DNA of 64,000 bases. Origin: Desulfomonilia bacterium (lineage in GTDB: Bacteria; Desulfobacterota; Desulfomonilia; UBA1062). Below, piece by piece: positions 29,031-39,412 of this stretch. Within the stretch, counting starts at the first letter, position 1; every line of letters starts with the position of its first letter. The notes beneath the pieces are model-generated. The model had not been told where the DNA came from, did not search any database, and saw only the letters and a list, made by a program, of their open reading frames with translations. The stretch covers positions 480,001-544,000 of the forward strand of contig CAXXDQ010000004.1 of assembly GCA_963664325.2 (NCBI GenBank). The letters run 5' to 3'. A program made the position numbers and the translations under genes.

Positions 29031-30443
29031 CTACCCGTGCGTAAAGAACCTGTAGCCGGTCTCTTTCTTAAGCCTCTCCATCCTTGCCTGGAGGCCAGGC
29101 AGCACGGCCTTTCCGGCGGAAGTGTTTATTATGTTCCTGAATTCCTTCGGGTCTTTTTTGAGATCGAAGAGCTGATCGTCCCATGTGCCCTTCTGGTAGG
29201 TGATGTACTTGTGGTCTTTCGTCCTGACCGCAGCGATACCCGGGATCGGGATCGGGAAGACAGGGAAGTGCTCGTAAAGGAATGCGTCTCTTCCCTGGAG
29301 AATGGGCGATTTGAGATAGGGGACTATGCTTTTTCCCTGCATGTTCGAGGGGATCGGCTCGCCGATGATTTCGAGCAGCGTGGGTGCGAGGTCGATATTG
29401 AGGATCATCTGGTCTCTTCTGCCCGTCTCTTTGATAAGCTTCGGGTAGCGGATGAAGAATGGTATCCTGATCGACTCCTCGTAAGCGTTTCTCTTGTCAT
29501 ACAGCCCGTGCTCGCCGAAGAGGTGACCGTTGTCGCCGGCATAGACTATTACCGTATTATCGAGTTCGCCCGTCTGTTCGAGCATCGTCAGTACGCGGCC
29601 GACCTGCTCGTCGACAGACGCCACCGTCCGCAGGTAGTTGCGGTAGAGCCCGTTCATGGGCATGGGCGCGCCGACGAAGACCTGGTCGTTGGTGAATGTC
29701 ACCCAGGTGTCGGACTCGGGCGGCATGTGAAGGTCTACGCCCTTGTAAAGGTCTTTCATGTGCTCAGGCGGCCGGTACCCGAAGTGCACCGCCTTGTGGG
29801 AGAGGTACAGGCAGAACGGATTTGTCCTCTTCCGGCCGATGAAGTCGAGCGCAAAATCGGTGAGGTCGTTGGTGATGTATTTGCCGGGCCGCGGCGTATC
29901 GACTCCGTTAATGACGAGCGGGCAGTCATAGTAAACGCCCTGGCCGCCTTCCTTCGTGAACGTGATGAACTCATCAAGGCCCCTCAGTTTGGGAAGCCTG
30001 TCGCCGGGCATGTGCCATTTGCCGATGAAGGCCGTATCGTAGCCCGCCTTCTTGATCAGTTCCATGAAGGTGACGTTTTCGTCCTTCCACATCGTATGGT
30101 TAGTTACCACACCGTGCGTGTGCGCATACTGACCTGTCAAAAAGCTTGCTCGTGACGGGCTGCAGAGCGACGTTGTGACGAACGAGTTCGCGAAGTTCGC
30201 GCCCTCGTTTGCTATTCGGTCGAGGTTCGGTGTCTTCACCACGGGGTGGCCCATGCAGCTGAACGCGTCATAGCGGTGGTCGTCGGTCAATATGAAAAGT
30301 ATGTTGGGCTTCTTCTCGCCCGCAAAAAGTGGCGTTGAAGCGAACGGTCCCATCATGCCCATGAGTGCGGCCGCGCCCGCCATCTTGAGCGCCTTTCTCC
30401 TGGTCACGCCTTCTTCGGAAATTTTTTTTATGTTATCGCTCAT
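29031..30443 (-). CDS. Tat-exported Cys-type sulfatase
   Basis: TRRKALK twin-arginine signal; PNILFI.TDDHR, CSPSRASFLTG, GKWH, DNG. Confidence 0.93.
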   Translation of the reverse strand: MSDNIKKISEEGVTRRKALKMAGAAALMGMMGPFASTPLFAGEKKPNILFILTDDHRYDAFSCMGHPVVKTPNLDRIANEGANFANSFVTTSLCSPSRASFLTGQYAHTHGVVTNHTMWKDENVTFMELIKKAGYDTAFIGKWHMPGDRLPKLRGLDEFITFTKEGGQGVYYDCPLVINGVDTPRPGKYITNDLTDFALDFIGRKRTNPFCLYLSHKAVHFGYRPPEHMKDLYKGVDLHMPPESDTWVTFTNDQVFVGAPMPMNGLYRNYLRTVASVDEQVGRVLTMLEQTGELDNTVIVYAGDNGHLFGEHGLYDKRNAYEESIRIPFFIRYPKLIKETGRRDQMILNIDLAPTLLEIIGEPIPSNMQGKSIVPYLKSPILQGRDAFLYEHFPVFPIPIPGIAAVRTKDHKYITYQKGTWDDQLFDLKKDPKEFRNIINTSAGKAVLPGLQARMERLKKETGYRFFTHG

Positions 30444-30458
30444 GATATCCTCCGGCAG

Positions 30459-31019
30459 TTAAAGAAAGAGCTTCGTGTATGCTTCCATGTAGAGGTAATA
30501 GAAGGTGTGGCCGCCGTTAAAGAGCAGGATGAACGACATGATGAAGCCTGTGACGAGCACCAGGACCGACTTGAACTCGAATATCTTCATGCCAGTATCA
30601 CCTGTCTTTTTCCTGTAGATCATCCTGCACCATATCTCGGAAATCCCCATGCAGAGGAGAGAGACGAATACCGCGCCTATGATGACCCCATGTAAGCATG
30701 CGAAAAGGACCTCGGCCGGGGAGTATATGCCTATGAAATCGCTTATCACATTCGCGTCCCAGACGACGGGCGTGACGAGGCAGACCAGAAGCCTTTCCCT
30801 GAAAGAGGCCCCGTAGAAGAAGGCCATGGTGTTGGCTATCATGGCGCCCAGCCATATGCTTATGAACATGAGCGCCGCCGAGAAGTTGGCGAAGAACATG
30901 TGAAGGGATTGAGGCCTCCACCAGCGGCTCACGTTGTAGAGGTTGATCGAGACGATCATGAGGATAAGGACCGTCCCGGCTGGCAGGATGATCCTTTTCA
31001 TTACCGGCTGCTTTTCCAT
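30459..31019 (-). CDS. Hypothetical membrane protein
   Basis: GGAGGT RBS before MEKQ; ~5 TM. Confidence 0.7.
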   Translation of the reverse strand: MEKQPVMKRIILPAGTVLILMIVSINLYNVSRWWRPQSLHMFFANFSAALMFISIWLGAMIANTMAFFYGASFRERLLVCLVTPVVWDANVISDFIGIYSPAEVLFACLHGVIIGAVFVSLLCMGISEIWCRMIYRKKTGDTGMKIFEFKSVLVLVTGFIMSFILLFNGGHTFYYLYMEAYTKLFL

Positions 31020-31073
31020 ATATTCACCTCCGGTTAACCCGTTTTTATATCGGCGCATAAAAGCATATGCCTT

Positions 31074-32570
31074 CTATTCATACTTTTCAATGAGCTCGGC
31101 TGCGATAACGCCCGAGGCCACGCAGCTGGGCACCCCGCCCCCGGGATGGGTGGACGAGCCTGTCAGGTAGAGCCCCTTTATGCACTTTGATTTTGAAGAG
31201 GCCCTGAACACGGCCGAATTGGGCAGGTCGTGGTGCAGCGCGAAGAGCGTGCCTTCCGGAGCCAGGAAGCGCCTCTCGTATTCGAGCGGCGTGGCGTAGA
31301 ATGCGACATCGATGTTATCCTTGAGGCCCGGGACATAGTTGTCCGAGAGGTAGTTTATGTAACTCTCCGTAAGCCATGGCGCAACGGCGTCCCATGTCGT
31401 GCCATCGAGCCTGTAAGGGCCTTCGATCGTGAGCTGCAGGATGTTTTTCCCGGCCGGTGCCAGCGACGGGTCGGTCCGTGTCGTCCAGCTGATCATGCCG
31501 AAGGGCTTTTCCGGATAGCGGCCCTGCTTCTGGTAGTCCCAATAGTAGCGGTTGTACTCCTCCATCGCGATCGGAAAAAACGTGTGGTGCGAAAGGAGCG
31601 GCGGGGTGTAGCCGACGCCAAGGTAAATGACCGCAGCAGGCGGGGTATAGCTGTAGCTGTTGAGTCCGAATCTTACGAGCCAGGGCAGGTGTTCAACGCC
31701 CACAAGCTTCTGGTAGAGCGTTTTTACATTGACGTTGGAGACCACGAGGCGCGAGGTTATTTCGGTGCCGTCCTTCAGCTTCACTCCATATGTCCGGCCG
31801 TTTCTCACCAGCACCTTTTTAACAAGGGTATTGAGCCTCAGTTCCATGCCTCTGGCCTGGCCGAGGCGGCAAATTGCCCTGGGGATGGCGGCCATGCCGC
31901 CCTTGCTGTATGAAAGCCCCATCCTCTCTCCCCATATCAGCATGGCATATATGGCCGGGCAGAGCTCCGGCGGCAGGGCCATGAAAAAGGCCTGCGGAGA
32001 GAGCATATCGCGCACGCGGCTGCTCTTGAAATATTCGCAGAGGAGCTCCTGATAGCTCTTTACAAACAGAGGCATATACTTGAGGATTGCCGGAGTTCCG
32101 GCAAAGAGTTTTGCCATGTCCGAGAACGTGTTCGCTGGCTCCAGGAAAAAGCTGCCGAGCGCCGCACCGACAAAACCTTCCATAAGCCTGCTGAATTCTC
32201 GCCAGCCCGCGACGTCGCCGGGAGCCAGCTTTGCTATCTCTTCTGCCATGGCGTCCGGCGAGGCCGGGTGTTTTATGACCGAGCCGTCCGGCTGGGGTAC
32301 GGTGTATACGGGGTCGAGCGCGACGAGTTCGACCTCTTTGTAAAGCGATGTGCCGAGGCGCTTGAAGCACTCGTCGATCACGCCCGGGAATTCGATAAGG
32401 GAGGCCCCGGTGTCAAACTGGTAGCCGTCCTTTTCAAAAGTGGAGCAGTATCCGCCCACCCATGCGCCCTGATCCAGGACCAGGGTCCTGCGCCCCTTGC
32501 TTGCCAGAAGGGCGCCCGCGCTTATGCCGCCCAGTCCGGCGCCGATAACGATAACATCATAGTCCGGCAT
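31074..32570 (-). CDS. Phytoene desaturase (CrtI)-family FAD oxidoreductase
   Basis: YDVIVIGAGLGG, GGYCSTF, KGG, GLYLTG.STHPGGGVP. Confidence 0.9.
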   Translation of the reverse strand: MPDYDVIVIGAGLGGISAGALLASKGRRTLVLDQGAWVGGYCSTFEKDGYQFDTGASLIEFPGVIDECFKRLGTSLYKEVELVALDPVYTVPQPDGSVIKHPASPDAMAEEIAKLAPGDVAGWREFSRLMEGFVGAALGSFFLEPANTFSDMAKLFAGTPAILKYMPLFVKSYQELLCEYFKSSRVRDMLSPQAFFMALPPELCPAIYAMLIWGERMGLSYSKGGMAAIPRAICRLGQARGMELRLNTLVKKVLVRNGRTYGVKLKDGTEITSRLVVSNVNVKTLYQKLVGVEHLPWLVRFGLNSYSYTPPAAVIYLGVGYTPPLLSHHTFFPIAMEEYNRYYWDYQKQGRYPEKPFGMISWTTRTDPSLAPAGKNILQLTIEGPYRLDGTTWDAVAPWLTESYINYLSDNYVPGLKDNIDVAFYATPLEYERRFLAPEGTLFALHHDLPNSAVFRASSKSKCIKGLYLTGSSTHPGGGVPSCVASGVIAAELIEKYE

Positions 32571-32579
32571 TTTTTATCC

Positions 32580-32714
32580 TCAGACCATGTAGCGGCCGGG
32601 CAGATGGGGGACCTGCTTTAATATGAACCTGAGCTGGAGCTTTCTGTGTTCAGGCAGCCTGGACCATATGATTGCACCTGCCGCAATAAGTATCATGAAT
32701 TCTATGAATTTCAT
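32580..32714 (-). CDS. Small 44-aa membrane-anchored protein
   Basis: AAGGAG RBS; MKFIEFMILIAAGAIIWSRLPEHRKLQLRFILKQVPHLPGRYMV. Confidence 0.65.
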   Translation of the reverse strand: MKFIEFMILIAAGAIIWSRLPEHRKLQLRFILKQVPHLPGRYMV

Positions 32715-32734
32715 ATTTTTCTCCTTTTCAAGAT

Positions 32735-34243
32735 TTAAAACCGTTCGCTTTTGATGAGTTTGTTGTAGGCGATATAGCCCGAGCCCACGGTCATGGGAAC
32801 TCCGCCGCCCGGATGCGTCCCGGAACCGCAAAGGTAGAGCCCGTCTAAGCACTTCGATTTCGCCGACGGCCTGAATACGGCCTGGTGAGTGGCGTCCTGG
32901 TCAAAGCAGTAAAGAGCGCCTTCGGGAAGCCTCAGGTTTCGCTCGTAGTCCATGGGAGAAGAGGCAATGGCGTGGACGATATGGTCCTTGAGGCCGGGCA
33001 GCAGTCTGTCGGATATGTACTCGATGTATTCCTCGACAAAGGTCTGTTTGAAATTGTCCCAGTTGGTGTCCTTGAGCCGGTAGAACGATTCGGGAATGAC
33101 GTTGATGACGTGATGGCCTTTTGGCGCAAGAGAGTCGTCCGAATGCGACGGCCAGCAGAAGAGGCCGTAGTTCTTGTTAGCGGGCAGCATCACGCCTGTC
33201 TCGACGTGCTTGGTCCAGAAGTCGTTGACCTCCTGCATGCTGACTGCGGTGAAGCTGTGGTGAGCGGTCAGAGGCGGCTTGCAGTCGAGCCCCACGTATA
33301 TCATGCACAGGCTCTTGCCCAGGTTGAGGCTCTTGACCCCGTTCTTTGTAAGCCAGGGCAGGTTCTCTTCGCCTATGAGGTCAAGGTAGAGCTTCTTCGG
33401 GTTTATGTTTGAAACGACTGCTTTCGAAGTGATCTCGGAACCGTCTTCGAGAATGACGCCGCAGGCCCTTTTGTTCCGGACAACAACTTTTTTGACCGGG
33501 GATTTCATCCTGATTTCGAGCCCGTCCTTCTGTCCGCATCTGAGAAGGGCCTCCGGTATGCGTATCATGCCGCCCTTCGGGTACCAGATGCCCCGGTGTT
33601 CGCTGTACGGAATCATGGCGAATGGCGCGGGAACCAGCGCAGGCGCCATGCCTAGGTAAAGCGACTGGTAGGCCATAGTCTTCAGCACCTTTTCGTTCCT
33701 GAAATATTTCTGGATCAGGTCCTGGTAGGTCGCCATGAACGGGAGAAGGTATTTGAGAAGTTTAGGATTCTTCTTTACAAGCCTGCCCATGTCAGCGAAG
33801 GTGTCGGCCGGTTCGGTGAACATGACATCCAGGAAGACGTCCATCATGTCGCTGCAGTAGCTGCAGAAATCGAACCAGCGCCTGCCGTCCTCGGCCGACA
33901 TGGACGATATTACCCTGCCCGTTGCTTCGATTGACTGCTCTATGGTTATGCGCTCGCCGTCCCGGTAGAGTATCGAGAACATCGGGTCGCACGGCACGAG
34001 GTCGACCTCTTTGTTGAAGGCGGTTCCCAGCGTCTTGAAGACGAGCTCAATGGGCTGCGTGATCTCGACGATGGAAGCGCCCACGTCATGCCTGTAACCG
34101 TTTCTCTCGAATGTGGAGCAGCAGCCGCCTATGTTACCGCTCTGCTCCAGAACGAGGACCTTGAGCCCGTGATGGGAAAGAAGCGCGCTCGACGAAAGAC
34201 CTCCGAGTCCGGCGCCTATTACGATGACATCATAATCAGACAT
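32735..34243 (-). CDS. Phytoene desaturase (CrtI)-family FAD oxidoreductase
   Basis: YDVIVIGAGLGG, WYPKGG, GLYLCG.GTHPGGGVP. Confidence 0.9.
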   Translation of the reverse strand: MSDYDVIVIGAGLGGLSSSALLSHHGLKVLVLEQSGNIGGCCSTFERNGYRHDVGASIVEITQPIELVFKTLGTAFNKEVDLVPCDPMFSILYRDGERITIEQSIEATGRVISSMSAEDGRRWFDFCSYCSDMMDVFLDVMFTEPADTFADMGRLVKKNPKLLKYLLPFMATYQDLIQKYFRNEKVLKTMAYQSLYLGMAPALVPAPFAMIPYSEHRGIWYPKGGMIRIPEALLRCGQKDGLEIRMKSPVKKVVVRNKRACGVILEDGSEITSKAVVSNINPKKLYLDLIGEENLPWLTKNGVKSLNLGKSLCMIYVGLDCKPPLTAHHSFTAVSMQEVNDFWTKHVETGVMLPANKNYGLFCWPSHSDDSLAPKGHHVINVIPESFYRLKDTNWDNFKQTFVEEYIEYISDRLLPGLKDHIVHAIASSPMDYERNLRLPEGALYCFDQDATHQAVFRPSAKSKCLDGLYLCGSGTHPGGGVPMTVGSGYIAYNKLIKSERF

Positions 34244-34263
34244 ATCTTCACCTCCAAGTTTTT

Positions 34264-34388
34264 ATTCCACTTTGCATTCAAGCGGCGCCTTTGTCGGCTG
34301 CGTCGGAATGCTCCTCGACATACGTCAATGTATGCCTGCGTCGCTTCCTCCTTGCCTCCTTGGTGTCATCTTGAATGCAAAGCGGAAT
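34264..34388. repeat. MITE/REP-like element, family A, copy 2
   Basis: ATTCCACTTTGCATTCAAG...CTTGAATGCAAAGCGGAAT; shared core TTTGTCGGCTGCGTCGGAATGCTCCTCG. Confidence 0.85.
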
Positions 34389-34397
34389 TTAAATCTG

Positions 34398-34422
34398 GGT
34401 CCCGGCGGCTAAACGCCGGGAC
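34398..34422. other. GC-rich hairpin in the intergenic region (terminator or stability element)
   Basis: GTCCCGGCG-GCTAAA-CGCCGGGAC. Confidence 0.45.
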
Positions 34423-34435
34423 GCCGAGCTTATGT

Positions 34436-35641
34436 TCAGACGCCGTGCGGCGCCTCGATCTCGATATCGCTTACCGGATACGACGAGCACGGGTGGAAAT
34501 ACCCGTATACTGCGTCGGCGGCGCGTCGGCCGTCGTTTTCCGGGTTCACGAAGACTTCTCCCTTAATCAGTCTGGTGCGGCACCAGCCGCATTCTCCGGA
34601 CCTGCACTGCGACGGCGGGGCGAACTTTGCGCGTTCCAGCGCCACGAGCACGGTCTCGGTTGCAAGGGCCGGAATATCCTTCTTGGCTCCTTTGGTGCGC
34701 ACCGTGATCGTAAAGGTCTTTGCGGCGAGATCTTTCGGGTAGCCGGGTATGCCCGTCACATCGGCAACCTCTCCCATGACCTCGCGGCGTATGCGTTTCG
34801 CCGGCAGGCCGAATGCCTTGAGTTCGGTTTCGAGCATCCCGTACATGAGCTGGGGGCCGCATATGAAGACGGTCTTGCCGCTCAGGTCGCCGGCGATGTT
34901 CTTTATGCACTCCGCGGTGAGAAATCCAGTCGGACCGTCCCAGCAGGAGTCGGGTTCGCTGCAGACGACATGCAAGCTGATTTTCTCCGGGGCCTTTTTC
35001 GCAAGCTCGCCTAGCTCTGTCACAAAAATGATGTCGTCAGGCGACCTTGTTCCGTAGAGCAGTGTGAACTTGAGGTTTCTGTTGTTCTCGACGATGTCCT
35101 TCATCATCGAGCGGAATGGCGTTATGCCGCTTCCTCCCGCAAGTGCCAGAATGTCGGCGGAATCGCGAAGCCTTTCATGGTAGAAGAACCCGCATGGGGA
35201 AGATGCCGTGAGGCGGGTGCCCTCTTTCCAGTTTGAGAAGGCGAATCCGGTAAGGAACCCGCCGTCCTTTTTCCTGAGCGTTATCTCATAAAAGCCTGCG
35301 AGCGCATCGTTGGGCGAGGACGATATGGTATAGGGTCTGGTTATGGCGATGCCGTCAACCGATGTCTTTATGCTGAGATACTGCCCCGCCCTGAAGAAAG
35401 GCAGCGCCTTTTTCGACACGTCGGCCGATACTAGTCTGAATGTCTTGGTTGAAGGGGTCTCATCAGTCACCTTTGCAACGGCAAGGTCGAGCGTAAGAGG
35501 GTGGAGGGCCTGCGCCAGCGCGTTAACCGGGTCGGCGGTGATGGGCGTCGGTGCGCCTTCCAATATATGTCTCTTGCGTTCCTTGGCCAGGTTCTTGAAT
35601 TTTATCATGTCCAGGAGTCCGAATCTTACGCTGAACTTCAT
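34436..35641 (-). CDS. FAD/NAD(P)-binding reductase with C-terminal 2Fe-2S ferredoxin (FNR-like)
   Basis: FRAGQY, RPYTISS, AGGSGITP, ICGP, CRSGECGWC...C. Confidence 0.92.
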   Translation of the reverse strand: MKFSVRFGLLDMIKFKNLAKERKRHILEGAPTPITADPVNALAQALHPLTLDLAVAKVTDETPSTKTFRLVSADVSKKALPFFRAGQYLSIKTSVDGIAITRPYTISSSPNDALAGFYEITLRKKDGGFLTGFAFSNWKEGTRLTASSPCGFFYHERLRDSADILALAGGSGITPFRSMMKDIVENNRNLKFTLLYGTRSPDDIIFVTELGELAKKAPEKISLHVVCSEPDSCWDGPTGFLTAECIKNIAGDLSGKTVFICGPQLMYGMLETELKAFGLPAKRIRREVMGEVADVTGIPGYPKDLAAKTFTITVRTKGAKKDIPALATETVLVALERAKFAPPSQCRSGECGWCRTRLIKGEVFVNPENDGRRAADAVYGYFHPCSSYPVSDIEIEAPHGV

Positions 35642-37174
35642 ACCTCAACCCCCATTTCCTTAAGCGTCAGAAGAGCGGTGGTCTGGCCGGACAGCAGCGA
35701 ACTGCTGTAGCCCAGAGCCCTGAACGAAAAGCCGCCCGCGAAATAAAGCCCGTCTATGTACTTTTCATCCTGGATGGAGAGCATGCGCGGGATCACCGAG
35801 TCCCAGGGCTCCATCTCGTAGCCGTATATGATCCCGTTGTATGTGCCGGTATAGCGCGCGTATGTCTCGGGCGTGGATATCTCGATCTCTTCGATATGTT
35901 TGCGGATCGAGAGTTTCGTACCCCTCTCGAACTGCTTGATGAGTCCGTCGGCCATCCTGGTCTTGGTCTCGAAATAGTCTTCGGGTCTTACGTTCGCCCA
36001 GGCCTCGGGCCGCATGAGGCATGTCATGGACAGAATGGTCGTGCCCGGCGGCGAACAGTCGGGCAGCGCCAGATTGAGGCAGGTGGTCGCCTGTATGACC
36101 GGAGTCTCCGGCTTGTAGAAGGATTCGTAGAGCTTTTCGGTATCCGCATGAGGGCCTACGACGTAGCCGTATGTGGTAAGCCCTATCTCTTCGGGCGGGG
36201 CGTCGAGGCCCATATAAACGACGAAGATGCCCACGCCGTGCTTGCGGGCGTTGACATATTTGTAGGCTATCTCAGGCACCTCGTTCTTCGGCCAGACAAG
36301 CCTGTTGTAGGCAAGAGTCGGCGAGGCGTTGCAGATTACGTGATGCGCGGTTATGGTCTCGCCGCCTGCGGTTTCCACGCCCGTGACCTTGCCGTTCTTT
36401 ACCAGAATCTTTTCGACCCTGGTGTTGAACCTGAACTCGGCGCCAAGCTCTTCGGCGCGCGCCTGAAGTGCTGCCATGAGTTCGTGCGAGCGGTTCTTCG
36501 GCAGATAGCCGCCCATTGTCATGTACTTGTATAGAAACGCCGCCCATATTGTGAAGTTGAGCCTGCTCATGGGCGGCCCGAAATTGAGCCAGTAAGGGTA
36601 GAGCAGGTTCTTGGCGCGCCTTGAGAAATTGAACTTTTTTGTGACCTCTTCAGCCGAATAGGGCCCCGGTCTTGAGGAAGTTGGCGTATTTTGTCCTCAG
36701 CACCTTCTTGTCCGGATTGCCTTTGGATTCGGCGAGGTAGTTGAGTGCATCAAGGACCTCTTTGCAGAGCGTAAAGTAGCGGGTCATCTCCTTCCTGCTG
36801 CCCGGAGCCTCGCGCTCGACGGCTTCTATGTATTCATACACTCCGGGCGGCAGGATGACGTCTATATCCTCCTCTTCGAGAACGAAGCGGTATGCGTCTG
36901 GCACCGGATAAAGTTCCAGCTTGAGCCCGATGTCGTCGAGAAATTTGCTGACGTTTCCACTGTTGTCTCTGGAGCCGTAATCGCACAGAATGTGCAGCGA
37001 GGTCTCGAATTCGAACCTGCCTCGAACGAAGCTGCTCCCGAATCCGCCCGGCAGGTTATGCTGCTCCAGGCAGAGTACCCTGGCGCCATGCTTGGCCAGT
37101 TTGGCTGATGCGCCAAGACCGCCGTTGCCTGCGCCGATAACGATGACATCATAATCAGGCATTATATCCTCCAT
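35638..37174 (-). CDS. CrtI-family FAD oxidoreductase, split by a frameshift near 36660
   Basis: N-terminal GAGNGG ORF and C-terminal ORF join through a GGGGCCC run (...YSAEEVTKKFNFS...PPMSR). Confidence 0.8.
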
Positions 37175-37190
37175 CGGTCCGCGGGCAATT

Positions 37191-38060
37191 TTAACGGCAG
37201 TTCTTGTCGGCGGAAGAATCAGTATGCGCGAAACCCGTCCTGCCCTTAAAATTCTTGACGCCTTCTCCGAAGCCCAGGGCCATGAGCATCCTGTCCCATA
37301 TAAAATTGGGGATTACGCCCCGCATCATCCATGAGGCGTATGCGATCTTGGGTATGCACACGACCGTGATCTCCCTTAAGAGCGCATCGTTAACGATGGC
37401 CTTGGCGATCTCGTCATGGTCTTTTATGGGCGGGAACAGGAGCTTTCCAAGCGCGTTTGTGGAATACCCTTCGAACATGCCCTTGGCTATGTTTATGGGG
37501 TGCACCGATGAAAACTTAACTCCCGTTTTGCCCGCGGCGATCGCCTCGACCCGAAGGCATTCCGTGAGCATGTGGACGGCGGCCTTGGACGCGCAGTAGG
37601 CGGTCAGGCCGGGCGAGTTTACGAAACCCGCGCTCGAAGAGATGTTCACTATATGGCCTGAGTTCCGCTCTATCATTTCCGGCAGGATGGCATGTATGGT
37701 GTAGAAGATGGCGTTAACGTTCACGTCGAACTGCCTCACGGCTTCCTCGACCGGGCGCTCCCAGAAGTTGCCCCAGCGGACATAGCCTGCATTGTTGATG
37801 AGTATGTCTATACGGCCCATATCTTTTTTGGCCTGAAGTGCGAGTTCTTCGACCCGTTTCTTGTCCGAGACGTCGCACTTGTATGTGAATACCGTTCCGC
37901 CCATGGCCTCGAGTTCCCGTTTGGCCTCATTCATGCACTCTTCGCTCAGGTCCCAGATGGTTACCGCCACTCCTTGACGGACCAGCCTTTTGCATGTGCT
38001 CAAACCGATTCCAAGCGCCCCGCCCGTTACAATCGCTTTCTTCCCTCGAAGTTCTTTCAT
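37191..38060 (-). CDS. Short-chain dehydrogenase/reductase
   Basis: TGGALGIG, NNAG, NISS, YCASK. Confidence 0.93.
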   Translation of the reverse strand: MKELRGKKAIVTGGALGIGLSTCKRLVRQGVAVTIWDLSEECMNEAKRELEAMGGTVFTYKCDVSDKKRVEELALQAKKDMGRIDILINNAGYVRWGNFWERPVEEAVRQFDVNVNAIFYTIHAILPEMIERNSGHIVNISSSAGFVNSPGLTAYCASKAAVHMLTECLRVEAIAAGKTGVKFSSVHPINIAKGMFEGYSTNALGKLLFPPIKDHDEIAKAIVNDALLREITVVCIPKIAYASWMMRGVIPNFIWDRMLMALGFGEGVKNFKGRTGFAHTDSSADKNCR

Positions 38061-38287
38061 ATAAATCTCCTTGATTGAAATATTTTAATCTGGTTCCCGT
38101 ACGCATGCCCTGGAAGGAAAACATTTCCAAGGGCAACGCCTTAATATCGAACAGTCTTAAAGCTTAATAATTGAAAAACAATCTTCCATGTTTCAGCAGC
38201 TACGGGATAAGGGTACCTGAAAAAAAAAACATAAGCACCATTAAAAGGTTTCATCTGGATACAGATAGAATAAAAACTAGGGGATTT

Positions 38288-39385
38288 TCAGTTGTCGGAA
38301 AAGATTATTTCGTCCTTGCCGGACAGCTCATTTTTTCTATAGCTGCCCGGGGATTCGCCTGTTGCCTTGTGAAATGTGTTGTAAAAAGATGAAATGGAAT
38401 TGAATCCCGACTTCAATGCGATGTAGGAGATCTTATCTTCAGGCTGCTCGATCAGAAGGCGTCTGGCCTCGTTTATGCGGAACTCGTTTACATACTCGTA
38501 AAAGCTTTTGTTCATTTTTGTGTTAAGGATTTCTGAAAGCTGCTGGGGTGAAATCGAAAGCTTTTCCGAAAGACCGGGAAGAGTTAGTCCTTTATCGGTG
38601 AACATGCGCTCTTTTTCCATCATGCGTTTCAAGTCCTTGAAAATGCGATCGAGGTTCAATCCCTGGATTCGTGACTGGGCATATCTGGTCATTTCCGTTT
38701 CGATTTTTATCAGCCGTATGTATTCAGGGTATCTCATCATGCTTAGAAGAAAGATTATCGGGACTAGCGATGCCATCCACATGCTTGCAGGCTGCATTCT
38801 TCCATAGAAGAACTGTTCGGCCGATGCCGTGCCTATGGCGACTGTCGAATAGGCGACCTGGAAGAAAACGATCTTTGTAGAGAAATTTGTTACGCTGCCG
38901 AAAAAAAGCAGCCTGTAACGGAATATTATGTAACCGAGGTATACAAGCGGAAGGCACAGCGATATGAAAAGAAGGATGGAGAATAGACAGGCCTTTGGAT
39001 TTCCCGCTGAACCTGTAAGGACATCCAGTACGGGCACGTTCAGATTTACACCCGTAAAGGAGATATTCAGCAGAGCGAAAAATATTATAATTCCCGGGAG
39101 AAGGTGCAGAAGGATTTTTTTGTCAAACTTGAATTCCGGGTCGATGATTATGCAGAAATAAAAATAAAACAGCGGCGCCCTGATGAAAGTGAGGCTCAGA
39201 TGCAGATCCTGGAGGTAAGAAAACTCCCAAATCGTTCCTGCAATGACAATCCACAGTCCCAGGCTGAAATAAAATACGGCGGAAAAATACTGGTCGGCGG
39301 TCTTGTTGCGAATCAGCAGTTGCCCCACTGCCAGAATCAGGAATAACCAAGCGCTGAAAAGATATACTGTCGACTGGTTAAACAA
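38288..39385 (-). CDS. AraC family regulator with membrane sensor domain
   Basis: Several N-terminal TMs; LS..LN...F..YVN.FRI.EA...GFNS.SSF...F.K.TG.SP..YR. Confidence 0.9.
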   Translation of the reverse strand: MFNQSTVYLFSAWLFLILAVGQLLIRNKTADQYFSAVFYFSLGLWIVIAGTIWEFSYLQDLHLSLTFIRAPLFYFYFCIIIDPEFKFDKKILLHLLPGIIIFFALLNISFTGVNLNVPVLDVLTGSAGNPKACLFSILLFISLCLPLVYLGYIIFRYRLLFFGSVTNFSTKIVFFQVAYSTVAIGTASAEQFFYGRMQPASMWMASLVPIIFLLSMMRYPEYIRLIKIETEMTRYAQSRIQGLNLDRIFKDLKRMMEKERMFTDKGLTLPGLSEKLSISPQQLSEILNTKMNKSFYEYVNEFRINEARRLLIEQPEDKISYIALKSGFNSISSFYNTFHKATGESPGSYRKNELSGKDEIIFSDN

Positions 39386-39412
39386 TCAGACCCTTTCCTT
39401 TTCATCCCCGCA

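Noticed and set aside
29037-36534. Long plus-strand ORFs (e.g. 372 aa at 29037, 308 aa at 34088, 227 aa at 31230)
   Set aside because: These are antisense shadows of GC3-rich real genes, with no motifs or RBS.
36570-36670. Split CrtI-family gene as two real subunits
   Set aside because: A single indel in GGGGCCC restores one continuous protein similar in size to its neighbours, so a sequencing error is likely.
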